Of a stretch of DNA of 63,556 nt, positions 28,201 through 38,010 are shown piece after piece. A program made the position numbers and the translations under genes. The DNA comes from an uncultured Gemmatimonadota bacterium (GTDB lineage Bacteria > Gemmatimonadota > Gemmatimonadetes > Gemmatimonadales > Gemmatimonadaceae), in assembly GCA_903900795.1 (NCBI GenBank), contig CAIUOO010000425.1:1-63556 (forward strand). The letters run 5' to 3'. The notes beneath the pieces were generated by a model. That model was not told the DNA's origin. It made no database searches and saw only the letters and a program-made list of their open reading frames with translations. Every line of letters begins with the position of its first letter. The first letter of the stretch is position 1.

Positions 28201-29076
28201 TCACTCCGCCAGTCGGTAGCTCTTCCCATCATGCATGACCCGGCCAAAGCCCACTGCGGCGTCATGTTCAAAAATCAGCAGCCAGTCGTCGCGGAGGGCG
28301 TCGGCCAGCAACGCCCGCTTCGATTCCAGCGTCACGAGCGGTTCCACGTCGTATCCCATGATCCACGGGAGTGGCAGATGGTGCGACGTGGGGACGACAT
28401 CGCCCAAAAAGCACGCCGTCTCGCCGCCCGACTGCAGGAGTACGCTTTGGTGATACGGCGTATGACCGGGCGTCAGTCGAACGGAGATGCCCGGTACGAT
28501 CTCCCGGTCGCCGGTGATGAAGTCGAACCGGTCAGCCGCCACGATCGAGCCCCAGTTCGCTGGGAAGTAGCTGGCGGCGGTCCGCTCGTTCGGATGCTCG
28601 GCGTACGCCCGCTCACCCGCCTGCACAACGAAGCGCGCCTTCGGGAACGCGGAGTGCACTTCGCCGGCCGGGTTCCGCCAGGTGTTGCCACCGGCATGAT
28701 CGAAATGGAGGTGCGTATTGATGACGAGACGCACGTCGCCGGGCGAAAAGCCCGCCGCCCGGATCCCATCCTCGAGCGCAGTACGCCCCTCGTCGCCGTC
28801 ATTCTCCACGCCGTAGATCTCGTGGAACTTCGGATTCTCCTTGTTGCCGAGTCCCGTGTCGATCAGCACGAGCCCGTCATCATGTTCGACAAGCAAACAG
28901 CGCATCCCGAGCGGAATGCGGTTCTTTCCGTCGGCCGCGAGGCGACGCTCCCACAGGGTCTTGGGGACCACGCCAAACATGGCGCCGCCGTCGAGCTGCT
29001 GCCCGCCGGCTTGAATGGCATGGATGCGCCACCGGCCCAACATTCGGGTGTCAAGCAACGGATGCGGGAAACTCAC
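28201..29076 (-). CDS. MBL-fold metallo-hydrolase (YtnP-like)
   Basis: LDGGAMFGVVPK, LIDTG, THLHFDHAGG, PGHT, GD, FEHD; GTG start overlaps the upstream stop (GTGA). Confidence 0.9.
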   Translation of the reverse strand: MSFPHPLLDTRMLGRWRIHAIQAGGQQLDGGAMFGVVPKTLWERRLAADGKNRIPLGMRCLLVEHDDGLVLIDTGLGNKENPKFHEIYGVENDGDEGRTALEDGIRAAGFSPGDVRLVINTHLHFDHAGGNTWRNPAGEVHSAFPKARFVVQAGERAYAEHPNERTAASYFPANWGSIVAADRFDFITGDREIVPGISVRLTPGHTPYHQSVLLQSGGETACFLGDVVPTSHHLPLPWIMGYDVEPLVTLESKRALLADALRDDWLLIFEHDAAVGFGRVMHDGKSYRLAE

Positions 29077-29993
29077 GCGATATAGTCCTCGGAAGCGGGA
29101 AGCGGGAATGCGCGGCGGCGGCGATCGCTCGCCGTCAGCCGTCGTTTCGCCGTTGGCGCGGCCAGCAGTCTCTCGAGAGCAGGCCACGAACGAACGCCCT
29201 CGTCTTCCGCGATACGCAGCATGCGAACGAGCGCCTGAGCAGTGGCGACGGCGTCGCCCTCGGCACGGTGGCGCGCCGCGATCTCAATGCCGAAGTATCG
29301 CGTGACGTGGTCGAGTGATTTGCGTGGTAGCGCGGGCAGCAGCACCCGCGCCAAGCGCACGGTACAGAGCTTCGGGCCGGCTAGCACATGACCGAAACCG
29401 CGATCGAGTTCGTGGCCGACGAAACGCCAGTCGAATGCCGCGTTGTGGGCGGTGAACACCTGTCCCGCGAGACGATCGACCACCGTGGGCGCGATGTCCC
29501 GGAACGTGGGCTGGTCGCGCACCATCTCCCACGAGATCTGCGTCAGCTGGGTGATGTACGGCGGGATTGGACGCTGCGGATTGACCAGCTGCGCGTAGAC
29601 GTCGACCACGTCACCGCCCCGCACATGTGCGATCGCGATCTCGGTGATCCGGTCGCCGGCCCCGGGGCTCGTGCCAGTCGTTTCGACGTCGACCACGGCA
29701 AAGTTCACGTCGCGGAGTGAGCCCGACGGCGCTCCGTCGGACCAGTCGTCGCGGCGATCGACGACGACCGATGCGCCGGTACCCCCAGAGGGGATCGCGG
29801 CCAGCGCCCAGTGGCCGCTGGGCAATCGGACGAACTCGGGGTGGCTCGACAGCAGGGCGACGGACATGCGTTCAGCCGCGTCCGCCTGCAGGCGTTCAAC
29901 CTGGCAGACGTCGCACATGAGCGTGACGGGGTCGAGTGGACCGGACGCCAGTCGCTGAGCGGCGCGCGCCGAGAGCGTCGTAGGACGAGACAT
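29073..29993 (-). CDS. DEDDh 3'-5' exonuclease (DnaQ/epsilon-like)
   Basis: VVDVETTG, AHNAAFD, HRAEGDA; start ATG 29993 (the ORF-track extension overlaps rex). Confidence 0.88.
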   Translation of the reverse strand: MSRPTTLSARAAQRLASGPLDPVTLMCDVCQVERLQADAAERMSVALLSSHPEFVRLPSGHWALAAIPSGGTGASVVVDRRDDWSDGAPSGSLRDVNFAVVDVETTGTSPGAGDRITEIAIAHVRGGDVVDVYAQLVNPQRPIPPYITQLTQISWEMVRDQPTFRDIAPTVVDRLAGQVFTAHNAAFDWRFVGHELDRGFGHVLAGPKLCTVRLARVLLPALPRKSLDHVTRYFGIEIAARHRAEGDAVATAQALVRMLRIAEDEGVRSWPALERLLAAPTAKRRLTASDRRRRAFPLPASEDYIA

Positions 29994-30054
29994 AGACGTC
30001 AAGATAGCGACGGGACACAGTCGCGCTGGCAAATCGTGGGTCTGCGGTCTAACT

Positions 30055-30072
30055 TTGTGAAGAATTTCACAA
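30055..30072. promoter_or_regulatory. Rex operator
   Basis: Perfect palindrome TTGTGAA-GAAT-TTCACAA 15 nt upstream of rex, matching the Rex consensus TTGTGAA-N4-TTCACAA. Confidence 0.9.
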
Positions 30073-30087
30073 GCCAACGACTCTGCC

Positions 30088-30765
30088 GTGAAACGCATCG
30101 CCGATTCGACCGTCCGACGCCTCTCCATGTACCTCCGGTACCTTGAAGATCTCGACACTCGGGGCCAGCAAACGGCCTCCAGTGACGAACTGGCGCATCT
30201 CTGCGGGACAACCCCGGCGCAGGTACGCAAGGACCTGTCCTTCTTCGGCTCCTTCGGCAAGCGTGGCTTGGGATATCCTGTCCACGAGCTGACGGCGCAT
30301 CTTCGGGAGATTCTCGGGCTCGAACGCGAGTGGAAGGTCGTCATCGTCGGCGCCGGTAAGATCGGTGCGGCGCTGGCCAATTACCGTGGCTTTCGGCAGC
30401 GTGGCTTCCGGATCGTGGGCGTCTACGACAACGACCCGAGCAAGATCGGCAAGCTGTGGGGCGAGGCGATCGTCCGGGACATGGCCGATCTCGCGCAGGA
30501 CATTCAGCGGGAAGAAGCGCCCATCGCCGTGCTCGCCATTCCATCCGACGATGCGCAGGATGTGGTCGATCGCCTCGTCGGCGCCGGCATTCGCGCAATT
30601 CTGAATTTCGCACCGGCCCAGATTACGGTGCCACCGCATGTGTCACTCAAGTCGGTGAACATGGCGATGGAACTCGAAGGGCTCTCGTTCGCTCTTACGA
30701 ACGCGATGGGGAGTCAGGGCGCGGCGTCAACACGCGTACCAGCCGTGCGAATTCCGCCGCGGTGA
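30088..30765 (+). CDS. rex: redox-sensing transcriptional repressor Rex
   Basis: RRLSMYLR, QVRKDLSFFGSFGKRGLGY, VGAGKIG, ILNFAP. Confidence 0.97.
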   Translation: MKRIADSTVRRLSMYLRYLEDLDTRGQQTASSDELAHLCGTTPAQVRKDLSFFGSFGKRGLGYPVHELTAHLREILGLEREWKVVIVGAGKIGAALANYRGFRQRGFRIVGVYDNDPSKIGKLWGEAIVRDMADLAQDIQREEAPIAVLAIPSDDAQDVVDRLVGAGIRAILNFAPAQITVPPHVSLKSVNMAMELEGLSFALTNAMGSQGAASTRVPAVRIPPR

Positions 30766-31564
30766 GTGTTTCTGGCCGCACTTCATTCGGCAAGGCCGCT
30801 TCCTGCAGTACGGCCGCGGCCCGTTCGGCGTCGAGCACCGCCACGGTACGGACCACGCGAATGAGTTGCTTGCGACGCAAGCCGAACGCCGCCAGCACGA
30901 AACTGCGGAACCTCTCTTCGATCTCCGGCTCCACCGACGGCACGGCGCGCGGTGTTACGCGCACGACAGCGGAATCGACCGTCGGCGGCGGGTTGAATGC
31001 CGATGGCGGCACGCGTCGCACCATCTCGACGTCGACGACGGCCTGCAAATTCACGCTGAGCGCACCGTAAGTCTTATCACCCGGCGGCGCGGCCATACGC
31101 TCGGCGACTTCCTTCTGCACCAGATACACGGCCACATCGGGACGCGGCAGTTCGAGCGCATGGAAGATGATCGGCGTGGTGATGTAATACGGCACGTTGC
31201 CCACCAGGACATACGGGCCACCGGCGAGCGTCGGCAACGACACGGTCAACACATCGGCCTCGACGATCTCCACATGCGGCCGATCAGCATAGCGCGTACG
31301 CAGGTGCTGCACGAGATCCCGATCGAGTTCGATCGCGATCACGCGCCCGGCACGTTCCACGAGGCGATCCGTCAGCGCGCCGCGTCCGGGGCCGATTTCC
31401 ACGACAGTGCGCCCTTCCAGCGGCCCCAGCGCCTCCACGATACTGTCGAGCACCCGTGAATCCTTGAGAAAGTGCTGACCGAACCGCTTCCGCGCCGCCG
31501 GCAGCGCGCCTTCAGGACGCGGAGGCCGTGCGCCGCGCGTTCCAAATCCATGTTTCTGACTCAC
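30695..31564 (-). CDS. rsmA: 16S rRNA m6,2A dimethyltransferase
   Basis: KRFGQHFL, EIGPGRG, NVPYYIT, QKEVAER, FNPPPTVDSAVV, RRK, RPETL. Confidence 0.96.
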   Translation of the reverse strand: MSQKHGFGTRGARPPRPEGALPAARKRFGQHFLKDSRVLDSIVEALGPLEGRTVVEIGPGRGALTDRLVERAGRVIAIELDRDLVQHLRTRYADRPHVEIVEADVLTVSLPTLAGGPYVLVGNVPYYITTPIIFHALELPRPDVAVYLVQKEVAERMAAPPGDKTYGALSVNLQAVVDVEMVRRVPPSAFNPPPTVDSAVVRVTPRAVPSVEPEIEERFRSFVLAAFGLRRKQLIRVVRTVAVLDAERAAAVLQEAALPNEVRPETLTAAEFARLVRVLTPRPDSPSRS

Positions 31565-33216
31565 GAGTGCTCCTCGAATGGACGATCCACGATGACGGCG
31601 GCGAGATCGTCGCGCAGCGCAGTACGGCCTATGTGTGACTCTACCTGCTCGAACAGCGCATCGAGCATGGCGTCGGGCGATTCACCGTGCGTCATCGTCG
31701 CGAGCATGTCGAGCACGGCCCGCTCGCCAAGCCGCTGATCGCGTGCATCCCGCGCATCGGTGATGCCGTCGGTGAACAGCACCAGGCGGTCGCCACGTCG
31801 CCACGACATCACGCACTCTTCGATGGGCGCATCGCTGAACCCGATCGGGGGAACGACGGCCGCGAGTCGCGCGCACTGCCCATCGGCACCCACACGAAAG
31901 GCGTGCGGATGACCGGCATTGGCAAAGCGCACCTCACCGGCCCGCGTATCGATCACCGCATAGCAGATCGTGATCGACATCTCGGTCGAGGAGAGCTCGT
32001 CGTCCAGCGACCGCCGTACGGCGTCGAGCGCGATCGAGGGATCAAAGGCCGCCTGCACGTGAATCGCCGCGGCACTCAGTGCCAGCGCCATCACCAGCGC
32101 AGACTGATAACCGTGCCCCGAGACGTCGCCGATGAGCACCCCGGTGCGATCGCGGTCGAGACGGGCCAACAGGAAGAAATCGCCACCAACACTTTCGGCG
32201 GGCACCAGACGGGCCGCGGCGCGCGCCTCGGGGCCGACGACGGCCGGCTTGGGGAGCAGCTTGAGCTGCAGGTCGTGCGCGAGCCGCATTTCACGAACGA
32301 GCTGCTGGCGTTCAACGGCCGCCCGCACGAGCGACGCGTTATGCAGCGCAGTACCAACTTGGGTGCCCACCGCGACCACCAGCTTGCGGTCACCGGCGCT
32401 AAACGGCTGCCCATTGACGCGTCCCCCCAGCACCAGCACCCCGAGCGGGACCGGCGTACGCGGCTCGACCACATTGCCGCGCCGAATGGGGATCTGATGC
32501 GTGCCGGTGATGCCGACACCAGTGCTCGGGCGGGTAATGGCCACCGCCAACAGCGCGCCGCCGCGCCCGGCCAACACGGGATCGGACTCGCGCGCTGTCG
32601 CGTCGGCTTCGGAAATGGCGCCGGCGCTGTGATACGCGTCCACCGCGATATGCCCCACCTGATCAAGTGAGACGGTGGGATACTCGACGTCATCGAGCCC
32701 GAGCGTGGCGATGGGGGCCAGCATTCCCGTCTGGCCATTGATCTCCAGGAATACAGCGCGCGTGGCGCCGACCGTAACGGCCAATTCGCGCAACAGCGTG
32801 TCGGCGACGCTCTCGACCGACGTCGTTCCACCAAGTAACTCGCCGATCGCGTAGAGCAGACTGATCTCTTCATAGCGCTCGATGAGTTCGCCGGTGGCGC
32901 CGTCGCGCTCGCGCGAGAGGCGACGTACCTGAGGGACGAGGCGCGCCAATAGTCGATCGGCATCGGGTGAATGCCCCGCCTCCACGAACAGCCAGCCCAC
33001 GGTTTCGCCCGTCGTGACTCGCTGTGCATGCAGGCCCTGCGATTGTGACCACGCGATGGCATCCGACGCGCCACCCCCGGCCTCGGTGCGTGCTGCGAAC
33101 ACCGAAGACGACGTACCGAGCAGAACCGGTGATCGGCCTTCACGCCGTTCCCAGATGGCCGCCTCGCGTCCAGTGGCCTCGAGAAACGCGGCCAGGAGCG
33201 CAGCGACCTCGATCAC
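31561..33216 (-). CDS. GAF + SpoIIE (PP2C) serine phosphatase, RsbU-like
   Basis: GAF region (LGVLVL...PFSAGD), QLKLLP, GGDFF, GDVSGHG, NAGH, FTDGI, DDLA. Confidence 0.9.
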   Translation of the reverse strand: MIEVAALLAAFLEATGREAAIWERREGRSPVLLGTSSSVFAARTEAGGGASDAIAWSQSQGLHAQRVTTGETVGWLFVEAGHSPDADRLLARLVPQVRRLSRERDGATGELIERYEEISLLYAIGELLGGTTSVESVADTLLRELAVTVGATRAVFLEINGQTGMLAPIATLGLDDVEYPTVSLDQVGHIAVDAYHSAGAISEADATARESDPVLAGRGGALLAVAITRPSTGVGITGTHQIPIRRGNVVEPRTPVPLGVLVLGGRVNGQPFSAGDRKLVVAVGTQVGTALHNASLVRAAVERQQLVREMRLAHDLQLKLLPKPAVVGPEARAAARLVPAESVGGDFFLLARLDRDRTGVLIGDVSGHGYQSALVMALALSAAAIHVQAAFDPSIALDAVRRSLDDELSSTEMSITICYAVIDTRAGEVRFANAGHPHAFRVGADGQCARLAAVVPPIGFSDAPIEECVMSWRRGDRLVLFTDGITDARDARDQRLGERAVLDMLATMTHGESPDAMLDALFEQVESHIGRTALRDDLAAVIVDRPFEEHS

Positions 33217-33677
33217 GTGCGGCGGAGTATCAGGCGTATACGATGTCCCGACTCGGCATCCGGCCCCACGCTCTCGACTCTGTCCATGAGCGTTCGCATC
33301 AGGAACACACCACGACCGTCCTCGCGCTCGAACCAGTCGGCCTCGTCCGGACCCTGCTGCAACGAGGAGAGGTCAAACCCGACGCCCTCGTCTGTCACGT
33401 CGACACAGAGCCGCTCGATGTCGAGGTCGACGCTCACCTCCACCTGACGCGACAGCTCGTTCCGGTTACCACGCAGCATCGCGTTCGCCATCGCTTCGGT
33501 GATCGCGACCGGCACGTTGAGATTGCACTGACGCGCCGAGAATCCCGCGGTCACGCAGAGCGCGACAATCGAGTCGACGACCGGCTCGATCAACGCAAGG
33601 TCGGATGCGAGGGTCCACCGCCGCGCGATCGGTAACGGCGAATCGGTCACGGGGCGTTGCGCAGAGGGGCTGGTCAT
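33213..33677 (-). CDS. anti-sigma factor / Ser kinase, RsbW-like
   Basis: HATPase motifs EAMANAM, DEGVGFD, GRGVFLM; alternative start at 33725. Confidence 0.88.
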   Translation of the reverse strand: MTSPSAQRPVTDSPLPIARRWTLASDLALIEPVVDSIVALCVTAGFSARQCNLNVPVAITEAMANAMLRGNRNELSRQVEVSVDLDIERLCVDVTDEGVGFDLSSLQQGPDEADWFEREDGRGVFLMRTLMDRVESVGPDAESGHRIRLILRRT

Positions 33678-33729
33678 GGAATCCGCTGCCCCCCGCACGG
33701 GTCGCGGCTTCAGGCGAGTCGCCATCCGC

Positions 33730-34062
33730 TCAGCGCGCGGCGAGCGCGTCAGCCCGAGTGAAGTACAGCGGAAAGAGCTGATCGAGACGTGTGAGCTCGA
33801 AGAGCGTCCGCAGGTCATCGTTCAGCCCCGCGAGCCGCAGGTCGCCACCGGCGTCGCGCACGCGCTTGCTCAACGACACCAAGGCCCCCAGCCCGGAGCT
33901 ATCGATGTAGCCAGACTGGGTGAAATCGATGACGACGGTACGGGCGCCCTGCTCCACCGCATCGAGAATGGCTTGCTTGAAATCCTGACGATTGGTGACC
34001 ACCAGCTGCCCCCCAACCTCGACGAGCAGCAGGTCGTCGCTGCGATGTAACACGAAGCTCAT
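33730..34062 (-). CDS. STAS anti-anti-sigma factor, RsbV-like
   Basis: YIDSSGLGALV, LFELTRLD. Confidence 0.92.
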   Translation of the reverse strand: MSFVLHRSDDLLLVEVGGQLVVTNRQDFKQAILDAVEQGARTVVIDFTQSGYIDSSGLGALVSLSKRVRDAGGDLRLAGLNDDLRTLFELTRLDQLFPLYFTRADALAAR

Positions 34063-34069
34063 GAGGCGC

Positions 34070-35107
34070 TCAGGAAGCGGTGGAGGAACGAGCGTGATTG
34101 CCGGCCTGCAAGGCCGTCATCGCGGCGACATGAACAATGTCATGCGAGGTGGCCCCCCGCGACAAGTCGCTGCAGGGTCGTGCCAATCCCTGCAAAATCG
34201 GGCCAATGGCCGTGGCGTGCGCCAACCGCTGCACCAGCTTGTACGCAATGTTGCCAGCGTCGAGCGTGGGAAACACCAGCACGTTGGCCGTGCCCGCCGC
34301 CTGTTCACCCGGCGCCTTCCGACGGGCGATGTCGGGCACGAGCGCCGCATCCGCCTGCAATTCGCCGGAGACGATCACGTCGGGAGCTTCGGCGCGAACG
34401 ATCGAGACCGCCTCGCGCACTTTACTGATGCTCGGGCTATCGGCACTACCCATGCTGCTGTAGGACAGGAATGCCACCCGCGGCTCATCCCCGACGATCC
34501 GTCGGCGATCAGCGGCGGCGGCGATGGCGATATCGGCCAGCTGCCGCGCGGTGGGATCGGGAATCACGGCGCAGTCCGTGAACGTGAGGACCTCCGTCTC
34601 GACGCCACGAAACGGTGGAACGATGAGATAGAACGATGACGACACCGTTCGCACGCCCGGCGCCGCGCCGATCGTCCAGATGGCCGCACGTAGTACGTCG
34701 GCGGTGGTATGCGCGGCCCCAGCGACGCATCCGTCGGCGTCTCCCAACGCGACCAACGAATCGGCGAAGTACAAGGGATCACGCGCCAAGCGCTCGGCAT
34801 CTTCGCGGCTCAGCCCCTTCGCCCCCCGTCGTGCGAGCAAATGTTCGACGACGCGCGGCGTGCGGTCATCGCTGAGGGGATCGATCATCTGGACATCGCG
34901 CGAGGGCACGAGGCCCGTCGGTGCGTCGTGGCGGCGCACCAGCACCGGCACGACCGATCCGAGCTTCGCCAGCGCGACCACCGCCTCGACCGTGCGCATG
35001 TCGGTCGCTTCCGGAAAGAGAATCGTGCGCGGCGAGGCCGCGGCGCGGGTGTGCACGGAGCGAAGGAACGCGCCGGCCACATCATCGAACAGCGGCGCGG
35101 CACTCAT
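34070..35107 (-). CDS. pta: phosphate acetyltransferase
   Basis: FPEA, DCAVIPDP, VAFLSYS, GELQADAAL, FPTLDAGNIAYK, GPILQGL, DLSRG. Confidence 0.93.
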   Translation of the reverse strand: MSAAPLFDDVAGAFLRSVHTRAAASPRTILFPEATDMRTVEAVVALAKLGSVVPVLVRRHDAPTGLVPSRDVQMIDPLSDDRTPRVVEHLLARRGAKGLSREDAERLARDPLYFADSLVALGDADGCVAGAAHTTADVLRAAIWTIGAAPGVRTVSSSFYLIVPPFRGVETEVLTFTDCAVIPDPTARQLADIAIAAAADRRRIVGDEPRVAFLSYSSMGSADSPSISKVREAVSIVRAEAPDVIVSGELQADAALVPDIARRKAPGEQAAGTANVLVFPTLDAGNIAYKLVQRLAHATAIGPILQGLARPCSDLSRGATSHDIVHVAAMTALQAGNHARSSTAS

Positions 35108-35616
35108 CGCAACTCGGCGAACCGGGCGACGAGCGCCTTCTCGACCAACGGGTGCACCAGACCACTGACGTCACCACCGAATCGCGCCACTTCGCGCACC
35201 ATGCTCGAGCTGATATACGTGGTGTCGAGCGACGGCGTCATGAACACGGTTTCCATTTCGGGAAGCAAGTGCCGATTCATCAGCGCCATCTGGAATTCGT
35301 ATTCGAAGTCGCTGACGGCGCGGAGACCGCGCACATTGATCTGCGCGCCGACCTCCCGCGCGAAATCCACCAGCAGGCCGCGGAACGCGCGCACCTCGAT
35401 CCGGCTGTCATGTCCCATGATCTCCGAGATGAAGCCCAGTCGTTCATCCACCGAGAAGAGCGGCTGCTTGCTGACGTTGTTCGCCACGGCGACGATGACG
35501 CGATCGGTAAACGTCAGGGTACGCTTGATCAGGTCCTCGTGCCCATGCGTAATGGGATCGAAGGAACCGGCGTACAGAGCGACACGCTCGGCGGAGGCGA
35601 CTGGGGACGGCGTCAC
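35104..35616 (-). CDS. coaD: pantetheine-phosphate adenylyltransferase
   Basis: YAGSFDPITHGH, RGLRAVSDFEYE, ISSSMVRE. Confidence 0.97.
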   Translation of the reverse strand: MTPSPVASAERVALYAGSFDPITHGHEDLIKRTLTFTDRVIVAVANNVSKQPLFSVDERLGFISEIMGHDSRIEVRAFRGLLVDFAREVGAQINVRGLRAVSDFEYEFQMALMNRHLLPEMETVFMTPSLDTTYISSSMVREVARFGGDVSGLVHPLVEKALVARFAELR

Positions 35617-36134
35617 GAAGGGGCGCGGAAGAAGGTCAGAGACGTGGAGCCGTATCGGCGGCTCTCGCCAAGTGCCGGCAGGACCAGCGAGGACGAATGT
35701 TCAATGCCGAACACGTTCGCGAAAGGGACCGCCATCCAGCATTCCACCAGCTGCTGCGCGGTGTCGGTCGAATAGGGCGGATCCGCGAAGGCGACGTCGT
35801 AGGCTCCGGCGGTAAGGCTTTCGACGAAACGCACGGCGTCCTCGCGATGCAACTGCGCCTCGGGATGTCCACCCAGCTTGTCGAGGTTGTCCCTGAGGAC
35901 GGCGAGGACTTTCGGGGACTGTTCGACGAAGTCACAACTGGCGGCCCCACGGGACAGCGCTTCGAGGCCGAGGGCTCCACTGCCCGCGCAGAGGTCGAGC
36001 ACCCGCGCATCGGGAAGAATCTGATGCACGATGCTCATCCACGATTCGCGGACGCGATCGCCCGTGGGGCGCACCGCTCCCCCCTCAGGCGCGCCGATCC
36101 GACGGCCTCGCCACTTGCCTGAAATGATCCGCAC
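35613..36134 (-). CDS. rsmD: 16S rRNA m2G966 methyltransferase
   Basis: MRIISGKWRGR, RPTGDRVRE, DLCAGSGALGLEALSRGA, DPPY. Confidence 0.95.
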   Translation of the reverse strand: MRIISGKWRGRRIGAPEGGAVRPTGDRVRESWMSIVHQILPDARVLDLCAGSGALGLEALSRGAASCDFVEQSPKVLAVLRDNLDKLGGHPEAQLHREDAVRFVESLTAGAYDVAFADPPYSTDTAQQLVECWMAVPFANVFGIEHSSSLVLPALGESRRYGSTSLTFFRAPS

Positions 36135-36137
36135 GAG

Positions 36138-37928
36138 CTACTCCGAACAGGGTCGCACGCCGGCGACCCGCAGTTGAAGACGCGAGACGCCACGATACTC
36201 ATCGCGGTCGAGCCGGTACGCGAGGTCGATGGGTCGGGACACGTGGAGCGTCGTAGCCAGAGACGCCATCCCCCATCCGATTGCATCGAGGGGCCCCCGT
36301 GCGCCGTCGATGGACAACTTGAGCCCATCACCACCGACCTTCCGCGGGGCTGTCGCCAGACGCACGCCGGTGGTGCGGAACGTCGGCGATGGGTTGCCGA
36401 TGCCAAATGGCTCGAAGTGACGCACCAGCGCTTCGAGGTCTTCGCCGACGCTGTCGATCGGGACCTCAAGATCCACGCGCAGCTCGGGCACGAGGTCGTC
36501 GGGCGAGAGCCGTGCGCGCGCGACCTCGTCGAACCGTTCGGTGAAGGCCGGCAGCTGTGCCGCATCCATGGTGAGCCCCGCCGCCGCCCGGTGCCCGCCG
36601 AAGCGCTGGAAATGCATCGCGCAATCGCCCAGCGCACCGTGCAGGTCGAACGCGCTGATCGACCGCCCCGACCCCTTCCCGATACCGTCGTGCACCGCCA
36701 CGAGCACCGCGGGGCGCGCCGTTTGCTCGACGATTCGTGAGGCCACGATACCGATCACCCCGGCGTGCCACCCTTCGCGGGACAACACGTACGCGTAGCG
36801 GTCGCCCATCCCAGGCGCATCGACCTGGCGCATGGCATCATCGAGCACAGTGCGATCCAACTCCTGACGCGCGCGGTTCAGCTCTTCGAGCTCGCGGGCG
36901 ATGACGTTCGCTTCGTCGTCCCGCTCGGCCAGCAGCAACTGCAGACCGAGCTTCGCATCGGCAATGCGACCCGCCGCGTTGAGCCGCGGCGCCAGCACGA
37001 AGCCCACGCGTCCGGCGGTGAGCGGCTTACCCTCGAGCCCAGACGATCGAATCAACGACCGCAAACCGGGGTGCGTCGTTTCGGCCAGCAGCTTGAGACC
37101 GTACCGCACCATGACGCGATTCTCGCCACGCAGCGGTGCGACATCGGCAATCGTGGCCAGCGCCACGAGATCGAGCTGACGGTGCGCCAGCGCCGGCGAC
37201 ACGTTGAAGGCATCGCAGAGGGCTAGGGCGATCTTGTAGGCTACACCAACCGCCGCGAGATCCTTGTCGACCGACGTGCACGCGGGATGACGTGGATTGC
37301 AGATCGCATACGACGCGGGCAACGAATGGCTCGGCAGGTGGTGATCGGTGATGATCACATCGATACCGGAGGCGTTGAGGGCGGCCACCGCGTCGCGAGC
37401 ACTGGTGCCGCAATCGCATGTCACCACCAAGGTGGCTCCTGCGCGCTGCGCCGCTTCCACGCCCGCGGGACCGAGGTCGTAGCCGTCGGTGAGCCGATTC
37501 GGCACGAACGGCACCACACGCTCAGCCCCAAGCCCGCGTAGGACCCGCACCATCAGGGCGGTGGAGCTCATCCCGTCGACATCGTAATCGCCGTGCACGA
37601 AGATCGTCTCCTGCGCCCGAACAGCGTCGGCGATCCGTTCGACGGCCCGCGGTAAGTCGTGCAGGGTGTCGGGCGCCGAGAGATGCTCGAGGCGCGGACG
37701 GAGAAACCGCTTCGCCGCCTCGACGTCACCGTACCCGCGGGCCACCAGCAACCGGCAGACGGGTTCAGGGAGTAGCAGGGCCTGCATCAGCCCACGTACG
37801 CTCTCATCAGCGGCCGGAACGGTCGCGATCCACCGCGCCTCCGGACGAAGTCGCGCGGGCGGGAGTGGGGCCGATGCGGGGCCACCGTCGGGGCGGCGGT
37901 CGAATTGAGAATGGGTGGACGCAGTCAC
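36138..37928 (-). CDS. recJ: single-stranded-DNA exonuclease RecJ
   Basis: GDYDVDG, DCG, TDHH, TIADV, PRLNAAGR, GSGRS, GGH-AAAG, EPFGIGNP; start set at GTG 37928. Confidence 0.96.
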   Translation of the reverse strand: MTASTHSQFDRRPDGGPASAPLPPARLRPEARWIATVPAADESVRGLMQALLLPEPVCRLLVARGYGDVEAAKRFLRPRLEHLSAPDTLHDLPRAVERIADAVRAQETIFVHGDYDVDGMSSTALMVRVLRGLGAERVVPFVPNRLTDGYDLGPAGVEAAQRAGATLVVTCDCGTSARDAVAALNASGIDVIITDHHLPSHSLPASYAICNPRHPACTSVDKDLAAVGVAYKIALALCDAFNVSPALAHRQLDLVALATIADVAPLRGENRVMVRYGLKLLAETTHPGLRSLIRSSGLEGKPLTAGRVGFVLAPRLNAAGRIADAKLGLQLLLAERDDEANVIARELEELNRARQELDRTVLDDAMRQVDAPGMGDRYAYVLSREGWHAGVIGIVASRIVEQTARPAVLVAVHDGIGKGSGRSISAFDLHGALGDCAMHFQRFGGHRAAAGLTMDAAQLPAFTERFDEVARARLSPDDLVPELRVDLEVPIDSVGEDLEALVRHFEPFGIGNPSPTFRTTGVRLATAPRKVGGDGLKLSIDGARGPLDAIGWGMASLATTLHVSRPIDLAYRLDRDEYRGVSRLQLRVAGVRPCSE

Positions 37929-38010
37929 ACCCGCAATGTACCGGCAGAGCGGCGGGGGGTGCACCCGAAACGGTGCAACCGTACCCCCGACGCGGCCGAC
38001 CTACCCGAAA

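Noticed and set aside
29994-30380. N-terminal extension of the DnaQ-like ORF
   Set aside because: Antisense to rex and across its operator; ATG 29993 fits better
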